The notes under the pieces: model-generated
Databases searched by the model: none
What the model saw: only the letters and a program-made list of their open reading frames with translations
Told to the model about the DNA's origin: nothing
Shown: positions 37,311 through 52,038 of the stretch, in pieces
Position numbering within the stretch: position 1 is the stretch's first letter
How the letters are laid out: every line of letters starts with the position of its first letter
NCBI RefSeq assembly: GCF_030028105.1
Contig: NC_092374.1
Coordinates: 32,497,016-32,561,015, forward strand
Source: Mobula birostris
Lineage: Eukaryota
Direction of reading: 5' to 3'
DNA: 64,000 nt
Translations under genes and position numbers: made by a program

Positions 37311-38787
37311 CAGGTTTCCCCCGCCATCCGAAGGTAGAGTGTTCCTATGAAACAGTTCGTAAGCCGGAATGTCGTAAAGTGAAGAAGCAATTACCATTTA
37401 TTTATATGGGAAAAATTTGTGAGTGTTCGCAGACCCAAAAAAATAACCTACCAAATCATGCCAAATAACACATAAAACCTAAAATAACAGTAACATATAG
37501 TAAAAGCAGGAATGATATGATAAATACACAGCCTATATAAAGTAGAAATAATGTATGTACTGTGTAGTATCACTTACCGGAATCGGGAAGACAGCACCGA
37601 GCACACTGATGATGGTGTGTTAGGCTGAGTCGTCAGAGGTTGGGGTGGTGCAGTGGACCTCAACCTCCAGGCTGCGGACCAATACCAATCCGCGAAGCAT
37701 GCAGGGGTGTAGCGGTGGCCAGGACGCACCCAACACATCTTTAAGAAAAAAGCCGAAATAAACAAGTTAATTAATTAGGTGTCGCCCGGCACCTAAATGT
37801 CGGCCCAGATCAGAGGCAACGCAATCAGCAATCGCCTCTGATCTGGGCCAACATTTACGTGCCAGGCAACACCTAATTAATTAGCTTGTTTATTTCGGCT
37901 TTTTTCTTAAAGGTGGGCTGGGTGCATCCCGGTTACCGCTGCACCACTGCATTCTTCACGGCAAAGTACCAGTCCGCGGCCCGGAGGTTGTGGTGGTGGG
38001 ACACTGGGGTATCATCTCATCGTCATCTGTTTCCATCAGGTCAGGCAGGTCATCTTCTATGTCTGCCTGCCTCGATGTCGAAGGTTGAGGTTCGTCGTCT
38101 ACTGTGGCTGATGTGGAAGGACTGCTTAGCCTCGCGCATTTTTCTATCATACAGTTCTTTGTAAGCACTCAAACCATCCTGCAAGTATGCCCTAAACCTA
38201 CGTACCCTTTCAAAATTAAAGTTGTACTTTTCTGCAATCATTGCAGCGAAAATCTCACACAGTTGCTTCACATTCAGTTCCTGGACGACTTCACTTAACG
38301 GTCAGTTCGCTACTGCGTTTGGTTTCGATTGTTATCCTTTCCTCTTCCAATTGCATCAGCTCTTCATTTATCAGTTCTTGGTCATGGGATGCCAAACCTC
38401 TTCAACATCATCTTCATCAATTTCCACAAGCCAAACTCACTTTATCCTTACTTCGTTCATCACGATCGAAATGCTTAATTACGTTTAGTTTTACGCTAAG
38501 TGTAACACCCTTATGAGCCCTTTTAGGCTTTTCTGATACCTTAGAACTCATCTTGCTAACGAATGCTCAAAATAAATCGACATAAAGTACAGATGCTCAC
38601 AGACATGTGTTTAAGCAATGCTGGCTAGAATGCAGTTCCGGGGGAGGAGCTTGACTGCTTTTTCCGCGCGCTGCCTTTTATCGTAACAGTGAAAACACCT
38701 TCTGTTAGCGAAAACAGGTAACTGATATAGGTCTTTCGTAACAGTGAGGTTTCATACAGCGAACGTTCAAAAAGCGGGGGACACCTG
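37311..38787 (-). mobile_element. Tigger/pogo-like DNA transposon, internally deleted
   Basis: TA|CAGGTTTCCCCCGC ... GCGGGGGACACCTG|TA terminal inverted repeats with TA TSD. Minus-strand transposase C-terminal remnant (NFERVRRFRAYLQDGLSAYKELYDRKMREAKQ, plus an acidic tract). Confidence 0.85.
37661..37990. repeat. Long imperfect palindrome (about 155-bp arms, 16-nt loop)
   Basis: The arm at 37661-37817 is the reverse complement of 37834-37990, e.g. AAGAAAAAAGCCGAAATAAACAAG / CTTGTTTATTTCGGCTTTTTTCTT. Confidence 0.92.
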
Positions 38788-39242
38788 TACCTGATTCTTC
38801 TTCCCTCCTTTGAGCATATTATCCAATCTAAAATTATGGATTCCAATTCTATTAAGCTTTGAAAAATGATGCCTTAACTACTTGGAATTTATTCTTAATA
38901 TTTGAATGTCCAAGTTCATACTTGAACATTTTAGATAAAATTAAAGCAACATATTGACTGAATGAGCAGCATGAGCACAATGCTTTATCACTCTACGTTT
39001 TTGATAAGCATTTGTATTATGTAGTGTATGAATTAGCACCACAGTTCCCATCTAACCACCTTAATTCTAGCTTTGTGATCAAAATTAAGAATGTGATTGG
39101 AAACAAAGGCTTTTCCCCTGGGGAAGAGGAATAACCTGGCCAGGGTGTATTCCAGAATAAGCTGATGGCCAAAGAATCCAGGTATTTCCTCTCCTGGCAA
39201 AAGAATTTATGGCAAGAGAGCAAGGAAAACTTTTTTAACACT

Positions 39243-42200
39243 TCAGATCGCGTCCAAGATATCCTGCAGTGGGAGGGAGAACAGCCAGAGGTCGTGGTAC
39301 ATATTGGTACCAATGACGTAGGTAGGGAAAGGGAAGAGGTCCTGATAAAAGGCTACAGGGAGTTAGGAAGGAAGTTGAGAAGCAGGACTGCAAAGTTAGT
39401 AATCTCGAGATTACTGCCTGTGCCACGCGACAGTGAGTATAGGAATAGATTGAGGTGAAGGATAAATGCAAGGCAAGGGGCAGGGATTCAGATTTCTGGA
39501 TCATTGGGACCTCTTTTGGGGCAGGTGTGACCTGTACAAAAAGGACAGGTTGCACTTGAATCCGGCGGACCAATATCCTGGCGGGGTGGTTTGCTAAGGC
39601 TACTGGGGAGAGTTTAAACTAGAATTGTTGGGGGGTGGGAACTGAACTGAAGAGACTGGGGAAGAGGTAGTTGACTCACAAGTAGAGAAAGCTTGGAGAC
39701 AGTGTGTGAGGGAGGATAGGCAGGTGATAGAGAAGGGACGCACTCAGATGGACGGCTTGGGATGTGTCTATTTTAACGCAAGGAGTATTGTGAACAAAGC
39801 AGATGAGCTTAGAGCGTGGATCAGTACTTGGAACTATGATGTGCTGGCCATTACAGAGACTTGGATGGCTCAGGGACAGGAATGGTTACTTCAAGTGCCG
39901 GGTTTTAGATGTTTCAGAAAGGACAGGGAGGGAGGCAAAGAAGGTGGGGGCGTGGCACTGTTGATCAGAGATAGTGTCACGGCTGCAGAAAAGGTGGACG
40001 TCATGGAGGGATTGTCTACGGAGTCTCTGTGGGTGGAGGTTAGGAACAGGAAGGGGTCAATAACTCTACTGGGTGTTTTTTATAGGCCGCCCAATAGTAA
40101 CAGGAATATTGAGGAGCAGATGGGGAAACAGATCCCGGAAAGGTGTAATAATAACAGAGTTGTCGTGATGGGAGATTTTAATTTCCCAAATATCAATTGG
40201 CATTTCCCTAGAGCAAGGGGTTTAGATGGGGTGGAGTTTGTTAGGTGTGTTCAGGAAGGTTTCTTGACACAATATGTAGATAAGCCTACAAGAGGAGAGA
40301 CCATACTTGATTTGGTATTAGGAAATGAACCTGGTCAGGTGTCAGATCTCTCAGTGGGAGAGCATTTTGGAGATAGTGATCATAATTCTATCTCCTTTAC
40401 AATAGCATTGGAGAGAGACAGGAACAGACAAGTTAGAGAAGTGTTTAATTGGAGTAAGGGGAATTATGAGACTATCAGGCAGGAAATTGGAAGCTTCAAT
40501 TTGGAACGGATGTTCTCAGGGAGAAGTACGGAAGAAATGTGGCAAATTTTCAGGGGATATTTGTGTGGAGTTCTGCACTGGTACGTTCCAATGAAACAGG
40601 GAAATTATGGTAGGGTACAGGAACTGTGGTGTACAAAGGCTATGATAAATCTAGTCAAGGAGAAAAGAAAAGCTTATAAAAGGTTCAGAGAATTAGGTAA
40701 TGTTGGAGATCTAGAAGATTATAAGGCTAACAGGAAGGAGCTTAAGAAGGAAATTAGGAGAGCCAGAAGGGGCCATGAGAAGGCCTTGGCAGGCAGGATT
40801 AAGGAAAACCCCAAGGCATTCTACAAGTATGTGAAGAGCAAGAGGATAAGACGTGAAAGAATAGGACCTATCGTGTGATAGTGGGAAAGTGTGTATGGAA
40901 CCAGAGGAAATAGCAGAGGTACTTAATGAATACTTTACTTCAATGTTCACTATGGAAAAGGATCTTAGTGATTGTAGTGCTGACTTGCAGCAGACTGAAA
41001 AGTTTGAGCATATAGATCTTAAGAAAGAGGATGTGCTGGAGCTTTTGGAAAGCATCAAGTTGGATCAGTTGCCGGGACTGGATGAGATGTACCCCAGGCT
41101 ACTGTGGGAGGCTGAGCCTCTGGTGATGATCTTTGCATCATCAGTGGGGATGGGACAGGTTCCAGAAGATTGGAGGGTTGCGGATCTTGTTCCTTTATTC
41201 AAGAAAAGGAGTAGAGATAGCCCAGAAAATTATAAACCAGTGAGTCTTACTTCAATGGTAAGTTGATGGAGAAGATCCTGAGAGGCAGGATTTCTGAACA
41301 TTTAGAGAGGTATAATATGGTTAGGGATAGTCAGCATGGCTTTGTCAAGGGCAGGTCGTGCCTTACGAGTCTGATTGAATTTTTTGAGGATGTGACTAAA
41401 CACATTGATGAAGAAAGAGCTGAAGATATAGTGTATATGAATTTCAGCAAGGCATTTGACAAGGTACCCCATGCAAGGCTTATTGAGAAAGTAAGGAGGC
41501 ATGGGATCCAAGGGGAAAGAGAAGGCAAGGAGTGGTTGTAGACGGGTCATATTCTACATGGAGGTCGGTGACCAGTGGTGTGCCTCAGGTATCTGTTCTG
41601 GGACCCTTACTCTTTGTGATTTTTATAAATGACCTGGATGAGGAAGTGGAGGATGGTTTAGTAAGTTTGCTGATGACACAAAGGTTGGGGGTGTTGTGGA
41701 TAGTGTGGAGGGCTGTCAGAAATTACAGCGGGACATTGATAGGATGCAAAACTGGGCTGAGAAGTGGCAGATGGAGTTCAACCCAGATAAGTGTGAGGTT
41801 GTTCATTTTGGTAGGTCAAATATGATGGCAGAATATAGTATTAATGGTAAGACTCTTGGCAGTGTGAAGGATCAGAGGGATCTTGGGGTCCGAGTCCATA
41901 GGACGCTCAAAGCAGCTGCGCAGGTTGACTCTGTGGTTAAGAAGGCATATGGTGTATTGGCCTTCATTAATCGTGGAATCGAATTTAGAAGCCGAGAGGT
42001 AATGTTGCAGCTATATAGGACCGTGGTCAGACCCCACTTAGAGTACTGTGCTCAGTTCTGGTTGCCTCACTACAGGAAGGATGTGGAAGCCATAGAAAGG
42101 GTGCAGAGGAGATTTACAAGGACGTTGCCTGGATTGGGGAGCATTCCTTATGAAAACAGGTTGAGTGAACTCAGCCTTTTCTCCTTGGAGCGACAGAGAA

Positions 42201-42570
42201 TGAGAGGTGACCTGATAGAGGCGTATAAGATGATGCGAAGCATTGATCGTGTGGATAGTCAGAGGCTTTTTCCTAGGGCTGAAATGGTTGCCACAAGAGG
42301 GCACAGGTTTAAGGTGTTGGGGCGTAGGTACAGAGGTGATGTCAGGGGTAAGTTTTTACGCAGACAGTGGTGAGTGCGTGGAATGGGCTGCCGGCAACGG
42401 TGGTGGAGGCGGATACGATAGGATCTTTTAAGAGAATTTTGGATAGGTACATGGAGCTTAGAAAAAGAGGGCTATTGGGAAGTCTAGTAATTTCTAAGGT
42501 AGGGACATGTTCGGCACAACTTTGTGGGCCGAAGAGCCTGTATTGTGCTGTAAGTTTTCTATATTCTATG
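39243..42570 (+). mobile_element. CR1-type LINE, 5'-truncated in ORF1, near-complete ORF2
   Basis: ORF1 SGNH-esterase motif VVVHIGTND. ORF2 APE domain (YFNARSI, ITETW, YRPP, MGDFNFP, LDLVL, SDH) and RT (QHGF, FSKAFDKVPH, GVPQ, KFADDT); few frameshifts; TTCTAT tail. Confidence 0.95.
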
Positions 42571-42890
42571 CTAATTTGTGATTGGTAATGTACTGTCTGA
42601 AAGTAGTTAAATCAATATCTTTCAAGTGGATTGAATACATATAATGAAGGGGAATACTTTGTCGAGCTGGGAATTAATGTGTTTCAGGTAAACTAGGGCT
42701 ACAATAAATTTATTGCCACTCCTTGTAAAATTGAGATGGAGATAATAAAACTTAACAATGAGGAGATAATTCAGTACTAGATAATCTATAAATCTACATA
42801 CATGCTTTATCTACAGTCTAAAAGTTATGAGTATTATACTGTGATTTAGAATTTGTCATATTAATTCATGAGTATCTCATCCATGTTTGA

Positions 42891-43028
<138 letters not shown>

Positions 43029-44347
43029 TAAGTTTAAACTGAAAGTAATTCAACATCATCCTGTGTACACTAAAGGTTGTTTATGTAAGACATGGGCAAC
43101 GATTGATATAGCGTAATTTTGTAACAATACAGTAACTTAAAATCCGTAAATCTGTTGGCATTCATGCAGAAGTTCATGAAAAGCTAACTAAAAAAGAATG
43201 GAAAGTTTCTATCCATGTGAAAAGTTTATCATTTTCTGTTGTGTTTTTTTTTTACCTGCGACAATGGAAAGCAAGGATAGAAAGGGAATGCTTAACTGGC
43301 TATATGGTAATTCATTAGGCAGAGGGGAGCTTAGTTGATTTTAGGAGTTGAGTTCCTTTCTAAATTCAATTAATTATCCTGCATGAAATTCCATTTGAAA
43401 ATGAGGTGTAGTCTCACTTTTGCCTTGTATCAGCAGCAGTGATGAGTAGAATCCCATATTTATTCTAGGAATTGTTGTAGTTTGTCTCATCTGGTATAGG
43501 AGGGTTTTCATAAATATGGGTGTATGAAGTAATTATGTCTTTTTACTTATGCCATTTATGATGGAGATTCATATAATATGAGGCAATTTGATATTCTTCT
43601 GTTAGTAATATTTTTGTAACTATCCTTTAAAGCCAACACTATATCTTTATTTACATTTTAGTCAGCTTTTAAAGTTCATTTAGTTTTCGTGCAAAGTAAG
43701 TTGTATTTACCTGACTTTTAAGCTATCAATTATATTCATTTCTCTGCCATTACAGTGTAACTCTTTACAAAATCTGTCAATAAGGAGTAATTTCTATATG
43801 ACTTATAAGAAAAATGCATTCAGCAGTGTGTATAGGTTTGGTTTTTGCTTCTCTTCTACTCAGATTGCTTATATGAAATTTCCAGCCTACTGGCTGTGAG
43901 AGCCCTCAGTTAAGTTAATCTGGGATTTTGAACCAAGTAAAACTCTTAATTCAACATCAGTTAGGAATGCCTATATGATAGTTAGTGTTAATTTCTATAG
44001 GAAATAGAAAAAATAATAAATGTTAGTGTTAAATCTTTGGCTAGAATTACCAAAGGTGACTCTGTCTTGTCTTCTGGGGAAAGGTAGATGTGAATCTGCA
44101 AAAACATTTACTCAATAGAGCAGTGACAGGGCCTTGGGTTCATTCAGTTGGAAAGTAAGAGGGAATTATTTAAGTGGAAAAGAGAGTTGATGGATTTATA
44201 AGAATATTAATCTCTGTTGTATCCACTAACCTTTATAACTGATTATGGATGAATTACTCAATACCAGCTTCTAGTTCACTTATCCAAGTTGGAAAATTAG
44301 GCTGTCCTTAAGCACTTATTCTATTCTCTCATTCTCTCTATTGTCAG

Positions 44348-44414
44348 ATCTGCAATATTCTTGGTTTTGTTCCAAAAACCGTTTTCTTCAGGCAAGCCAA
44401 TCTCAAGACGGCAG
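44348..44414 (+). CDS. SLC30A5: ZnT5 coding exon 3
   Basis: ttgtcag|A...CAG|gtgagt; 67 nt; SAIFLVLFQKPFSSGKPISRRQ. Confidence 0.95.
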
Positions 44415-44498
44415 GTGAGTTAAGGAGTGTTGCTGTAAGATAACTCCTACTGTCATTGACCATATCTTGCTCTAGCGTCAAATTTCTATATGTTAACT

Positions 44499-45232
44499 AA
44501 TTGAATTTGATTTCTTACATCCTTCACATACATGAGGAGTAAAAATCTTTACGTTATGTCTCCGTCTATATGTGTATGTGTAATCATAGTAATTTATTAT
44601 ATATAGTCAATGTACATAGAAATACACTCAGATCAGCGTGAGTTAATCAGTTTGATGGCCTGGTGGAAGAAGCTGTGCCGGAGCCTGTTAGTCCTGGCTT
44701 TTATGCTGTTGTACCGTTTCCCAGATGGTAGCAGCTGGAATAAACTGTGGTTAGGGTGACTCGGGTCCCCAATGATCCTTCGGGCCCTTTTTCACACCTC
44801 TCTTTGTAAATATCCTGACTCATGGGAAGTTCACAACTACAAATGCGCTGGGCTGTCCGTACCACTCTCTGCAGAATCCTGCGACTAAGTGAGGTACAGT
44901 TCCCATACCAGCCAGTGATGCAGCCAGTCAGGATGCTCTCAATTGTGCCTCTGTAGAAAGTTCTTAGGATTTGGGGGCCCATACCAAACTTCCTCAACCG
45001 TCTGAGGTGAGAGAGGTGCTGTTGTGCTTTTTTCACCACACAGCTGGTGTGTACAGACCCCGTGAAGTCCTCAGTGATGTGAATGCCAAGGAACTTAAAG
45101 CTGCTTAGGCTCTCAACCCCAGATCCATTGATGTCAATAAGGGTTAGCCCATCTCCATTCTTCCTGTAATCCACAACCAGCTCCTTTGTTTTTGCGACAT
45201 TGAGGGAGAGGTTGTTTTCTTGACACCACTGT
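44499..45232 (-). mobile_element. Rex1/Babar-type LINE 3' fragment
   Basis: WCQENNLSLNVAKTKELVVDYRK...FKFLGIHI...KKAQQHL...FYRGTIESILT. Confidence 0.9.
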
Positions 45233-45939
45233 GGCCAAATGACTTTCATTCTGTTTTGTGAATCCTCTATAGATGTACACAAGACAACACTGGCTTTGTA
45301 TAATGAATATTTCTTAGTTTCAGGTGTGATTCTTTGAGGCAATGCACTTTTTCTGTTCAGCATGATTTTATGCAATGATTTCATGTGATTCTGGTTCATT
45401 TCCTAGTCAATATTACTTAATAGAACATATCTTGGCATTAATCATAGAAGAAAAGTATGGTAAAATACAATGCTAAATAAAACTTCACTTCTTCCAAATC
45501 TGCAGTTAAATGGAAGTCAATTGAATATCACTAGGGTGAAGTGAACATTGCAAGAAAAGCCATTCTGCACTGCAATAACTAAAATTCTGAGTATATTGGA
45601 CTGTACTAAAGAATGTCACAATCCGTGCACAGAATACACATGTGTCTAGGAACATTTAGGTTCTTATTACAAATATATAGGTGAGAGGTTTCTTCATCCT
45701 TGTGTATGAGTAAACATCCAATAGTTTTACAGAAGATTTGCAATGGCCAATAGTAGGTGTATGAATGATTTTACAACTTGGTGCTCCTGTGTCTAAATGT
45801 CTTAAGTATGCCACGAAATAAATACCGCAGCATTTATTTTTTTTTGTTCCTTGTGGAACACCGTCAGACACCATAAGACAAATCAGACTTGCTCACAGGA
45901 TAAGCTATTTCATAATGGCATGATTCCCATAATCAGTTG

Positions 45940-46470
45940 GGGCATTGAGTGTAAGAGTTAGTAAGTCATGTTGCAGCTGTATAAACCTGATAAGGCTGCA
46001 TTTGGATTATTGTACTCATTCCTGTTCACTCCGTTACAGGAAGGATACGGAGGCTTTGGAATGGTTACAGAGGAGGTTCACCAAGATACTGCCTAGATTA
46101 GAAAAGATTATCTACAGAGTTTGAACAAGTTTGGATTGTTTTCCTGGAGTGTCAGGGTGTAGGGGGTGGGGTGGGGAGAGACCAGGTAGAAGTTGATAGA
46201 ATTGCAAGGCATAAATAGAGTGAAGAGACAGAGTCTTTTTCTCAGAGTAGAAATATCAAATACTAGAGGACATAACTAAGGTGAAGGGCGGGGGGGAGGG
46301 ACAGAATTTAAAGATTTGTAAGTTAGTTTTTAAACACCAAGCATGAAAGGCGCCTGGAAAGAAAGTGCTTCCAGGAGTGGAAGTTAAAAAGCATTTAACT
46401 TGCACCTGAACATGAACGTGCAAGGAATGGGTGGATCTGCATCAGTTTAGTTTGGCATCATGGTTGGTAA
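45940..46470 (+). mobile_element. Old CR1 3' fragment
   Basis: MLQLYK...HLDYC...LQRRFTKILPRL-like remnants. Confidence 0.7.
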
Positions 46471-47741
46471 TTTGATAGTTAATTGTATAGAGCAATGTCA
46501 TATAACTAGCAATATAGCTAACTTGTTAACTTGTATGAGTAATTCATTTTATTTATTGAATAACAAGTCTTCTAAGAGGTCATATGTTGGAAGTCATGTA
46601 GAATACTAAAGTACTGAGTGACTTTATTTTTGAAAATCATATTTGTTCTTTGTTGGTGTTGCAATAAGCGTAACCTTTTTATTTCCAGAGTCTCATTTGA
46701 ACAGTTAACTTATCAGACATGACATGTGCATCAAACAAAAACCCTCTGTATGTGTCTGTATAGTGTTACAATGATTCAATAGATAACTTTCTAGGAATGC
46801 AGACATATCAAGGAAGGATGCTGATAAAGGAACTACTGAGGAAGAACAGCATGGGAAAATAATGAGCTTTAATTGATAGTTTATTTATTTACCTTCATAA
46901 AGTTTTATCTCAGGATAATGGTTATGGATATGTGTGTGGTTGGTAGCACTGGTGCCTTTGAGTAAGCAAAGAGCTATCTAGGCACTAAGAGTTCTATGAA
47001 TGTCGAAGATTTTTCTGAAAGAGTGCACAAAATTCCCTTTACCAAGTAGTTTCTGCTTCTATCTGCTCTGACATGTACAGTATAATCAGAACTGATCTGG
47101 CATGCATAAAATAAATCTGACAAAGAAAGAAGCCCTTCTGGTTTTCTTAACAATAACCACATTAATTATTTTTTAAATAATTCATGGTATCATCAGAAAC
47201 AATTTCAAAGTAAGGTTATTCTTTTTACATATTTATCTCCAAGAATTGTATTTACTACAATAAGCTGTTATCCTTATAAAATCCTGTAATTTTTTGAAAT
47301 GTTTCTCACTGTTTATTCTTCGAATAATTTTCCTAACTTGCTATCCCATCGAATTTGTACCTTTCTTAATGTATGGATGTGTATGGAAATCAAACATCTG
47401 TATAAAATAATATGTTGGTTGTAGAATCTTTGTTTATAGGTTTATCCAGTATCTTGCAATCCTTATGTTATTACTTTAAAAATTGACATTTCCTTGAGAA
47501 AACTTGTCTTTTTGGAGAACTGCACTTGGAGAATTAATGCAAAGTTCTAATATATTTTTGGTAGCAGCAGTAGTCTAAAGGTGTCAAAATTGTTTTCCAT
47601 CAGATGCAAGCTTCAAAATCTTGATTTAGCTTGAGTTAAATTCCACTCTCTGGAGAATTTTAAAATGCTTTCCACCTGAGGCCAACATGCTACTTTGACC
47701 TTAAATTCTGCCAGCCTGCCAAGTTCTAATTCTAAACTTAA

Positions 47742-47972
<231 letters not shown>

Positions 47973-49020
47973 TAAGTATAAAAACAAAATGCGGATTATT
48001 TTGTTGCTTATTCATACCACAATCTGGTTTGTTCTGGTTTCAGTCATACAATGAGGAAAAATTACAGTGCATGCCAGGTTTTCTCGACATGAACTGGCTA
48101 TATTAAGTGTATTTTGGTAGCTTATGCAGAGCAAGATTGAGATGAGTCAGAGCAAAAGAAAAGATCAAAATTAAAGCTAGTAATCTTTAATGGCAATTTT
48201 TGTATAATTAAAGTGGCTGTTCTGAAATATGTTTATTTCAAAGCTATGCCAGGTTTGAATTATTTCTCGTTAAATCCTGTGAATGAGAAAACATTTATGA
48301 TGAGATCAATTAGACCTAGTTCGGGTTGGTCACAGCTCTGAGTTTCTCTATAACACAAATCCACTGAATTTACCTATCCTCCTTTGCACTTTGAGCTCAA
48401 CTTACTTTTTGAAATATTGTGGTACACTCTGTGTTGTGTGACTTTTGGAAGACATGTTTTAGAGACAGTTTACCACCTTGCTTTTAGCAATTGTGATCTA
48501 TTAAGTTTTCAATTTGTAATCACTATTAAAGTTTGAAAATTTCCCCCTTGCATGCTTACCATTCTACAGTTTTTGCCTCCATTCATTTTAGTGAACAAAA
48601 TAAATGGTATTTGTCAATGAATCAGTGGGAAATTCGTCCCTGCAGTAATTCAGTAGGTTGGTTGCAAGGTTATTAACTTGTTCTAGTTTTATGACACTTT
48701 CTTCTTTTCTACCTCTTGCTTCTTCAGCCTTGGTTTTTAGGTTCTTTTATGCCATACATCTATGCCTGCCCTAGGAAAATAACACACTTTTACAAATGCC
48801 TCTTCTTTAGCAGGGAATATGCAAATGCCTTAGTTTTTAAAGGTTACATTGACTCTCTTTTCCTCTGTAAACCCTTGTATTAATCAATAAATTCCTCATA
48901 ATCCAGCTAAAATCACATTCTGATTCTGTTGGAAAATGATATAACCCTTTCCGTTACTTTATGGTACAGTGTGTTAGTGCACCCTTGTGCTATGGCACTG
49001 CTGATCTTTGATGGTATTAA

Positions 49021-49224
<204 letters not shown>

Positions 49225-49707
49225 TAACTTTTTAGATACATTTGTAAAATATGTAGATGCATGTTGGTAAGCAATTTCATAACCACATTAAGTTTTGCAT
49301 AGCAAATTGTCTCTGAATTGAGGTATTAGTTGGTAAAAGTTTTTTCAGTTGACCAAAGTGTATAAAAGGAACAGATCTGTGGTAGGGGGAATTTATTTTA
49401 ATGACGTAAATGCATCTGAGATTGTGAAATGTTTTTGAAAAGATCTGTATATAGGTCAGTGGGAGTAGGCATTTAAATGGTTTTAGCATGGACTAGATGG
49501 ACTGAATAGCCAGTTTGTGCTTTTTTATGATTCTATAAATATTAATGTTGAATTATATAGTTTATTTGAAATATTTAAATTTACAAAAAAGGGCGTTTAA
49601 TTTTTTTTAATTGCCAATAGCATAATGGGATTGGGATAAATAATTAACAAATTAGGAGCAGGAGTAGGTTGCTCTGTCATTCAATAAGATCATAGTTGAT
49701 CTGATTG

Positions 49708-52038
49708 TACAACCAGAGGAGAGAGGACTCTGGATTTGATGTACGGTAACATTAAGGATACATACAGCTCCTCTCCCCTCCCCCCACTGGGAAGGTCAGA
49801 TCACAACCTGGTGCATCTAAAACCCTGCTAAGTGCCTCTGGTGAAGAGTAAACCTGCAACCTCAAGGACATTGAGAAAATGGTTGGAGGAGGCTTATGAG
49901 GTGCTCCAGGGTTGTTTTGAGGTGACAGACTGGCAGGCACTCTGTGAGCCACATGGAGAGGGTATTGATGGGCTCACAGAGTGCATCACTGATTACATCA
50001 ACTTCTGTGTGGACTACAATGTTCCGACAAGAACTGTCCTTTGTTATTCAAATAACAAGCCATGGGTAACAAAGGATATTAAGGACATCCTGAACACTAA
50101 AAAGAGGGTGTTTAGAGATGGAAATAGGGAGGAGCTGAGGACAATACAGAGGGACCTGAAAGCCAGGATCAGGGAGGCTAAAGACAGGTACAGGAGGAAG
50201 CTTGAGTGGAAACTCCAGCAGAACAACATGAGAGAGGTCCGGAGGGGGATGAGGACCATCACTGGGTTCCGGCAAACTAGTAACAGAGGAGCTGAAGGCA
50301 GTGTGGACAGGGCCAATGAACTTAACCTGTTCTTTAACAGATTTGACATTGTGGCCGCTGCCCATCGCCCATATGAGTCATCTGTTGTCGGCCCCCAACC
50401 AACACATATTCCACTCTCCCCTCCTATCCCTCCTCATAGGTCCCCACCCTGCTCTCATGACTATACCCCTTCCCCGCACGAAACCACCACGGTGGGCTTC
50501 ACAGTTCTACAGGTGAGTAGACAGCTGAAACGTCTTAACCCAAGCAGGCCCGGATGGTGTCAGTACCAGGGTGCTCAAAGCCTCTGCCCCTCAGCTATGT
50601 GGAGTACTTCGCCATGTAATCAACCTGAGCCTTAGGCTCCGGAGGGTTCCTGTACTGTGGAAGACGTCCTGCCTCGTCCCTGTGCCGAAGACGCCGCGCC
50701 CCAGCGGCCTCAATGACTACAGACCGGTGGCATTGACCTCCCACATCATGAAGACCCTGGAGAGACTTGTTCTGGAGCTGCTCCGGCCTATGGTCAGGCC
50801 ACACTTAGATCCCCTCTAGTTCGCCTACCAGCCCCGACTAGGAGTTGAGGATGCCATCGTCTACCTGCTGAACCGTGTCTACGCCCACCTGGACAAGCCA
50901 GCAAGCACTGTGAGGGTCATGTTTTTTGACTTCTCCAGTGCGTTCAACACCATCCGCCCTGCTCTGCTGGGGGAGAAGCTGACAGCGATGCAGGTGGATG
51001 CTTTCCTGGTGTCATGGATTTTTGATTACCTGACTGGCAGACCACAGTACGTGTGCTTGCAACACTGTGTGTCCGACAGAGTGATCAGCAGCACTGGGGC
51101 TCCACGGGGGACTGTCTTGTCTCCCTTTCTCTTCACCATTTACAGCTCGGACTTCAACTACTGCACAGAGTCCTGTCATCTTCAGAAGTTTTCTGATGAC
51201 TCTGCCATAGTTGGATGCATCAGCAAGGGAGATGATGCTGAGTACAGGGCTATGGTAGGAAACTTTGTCACATGGTGTGAGCAGAATTATCTGCAGCTTA
51301 ATGTGAAAAAGGCTAAGGAGCTGATGGTAGACCTGAGGAGAGCTAAGGCACCGGTGACCCCTGTTTCCATCCAGGGGGTCAGTGTGGACATGGTGGAGGA
51401 TTACAAATACCTGGGGATATGAATTGACAATAAACTGGACTGGTCAAGGAACACTGAGGCTGTCTACAAGAAGGTTCAGAGCCATCTCTATTTCCTGAGC
51501 AGACTGAGGTCCTTTAACATCTGTCGGACGATGCTGAGTATGTTCTACGAGTCTGTGGTGGCCAGTGCTATCATGTTTGCTGTTGCGTGCTGGGGCAGCA
51601 GGCTGAGGGTAGCAGACACCAACAGAATCAACAAACTCATTCATAAGGCCAGTGATGTTGTGGGGATGGAACTGGACTTTCTGACGGTGGTGTCTGAAAA
51701 GAGGATGCTGTCCAAGTTGCATGCCATCTTGGACAATGTCTCCCATCCACTACATAATGTACTGATTGGGCACAGGAGTACATTCAGCCAGAGACTCATT
51801 CCACCGAGATGCGACACAGAGCGTCATAGGAAGTCATTCCTGCCTGTGGCCATCAAACTTTATAACTCCTCCCTTGAAGGGTCAGACAATCTGAGCCAAT
51901 AGGCTGGTCCTGGACTTATTTCCTGGCATAATTTACATATTACTATTTAACTATTTATGATTTTATTACTATTTATTATTTATGGAGCAACTGTAACGAA
52001 AACCAATTTCCCCCGGGATCAATAAAGTATGACTATGA
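49708..52038 (+). mobile_element. Young Rex1/Babar LINE, 5'-truncated, about 2.3 kb
   Basis: NKPWVTK, DYRPVALTSHIMKTLER, FFDFSSAFNTI, GAP-GTVLSPFLF, KFSDDSA. Only a few stops or deletions. AATAAA plus (TATGAC)n tail; inserted in an antisense CR1 tail with short duplication TGATTGT. Confidence 0.93.
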
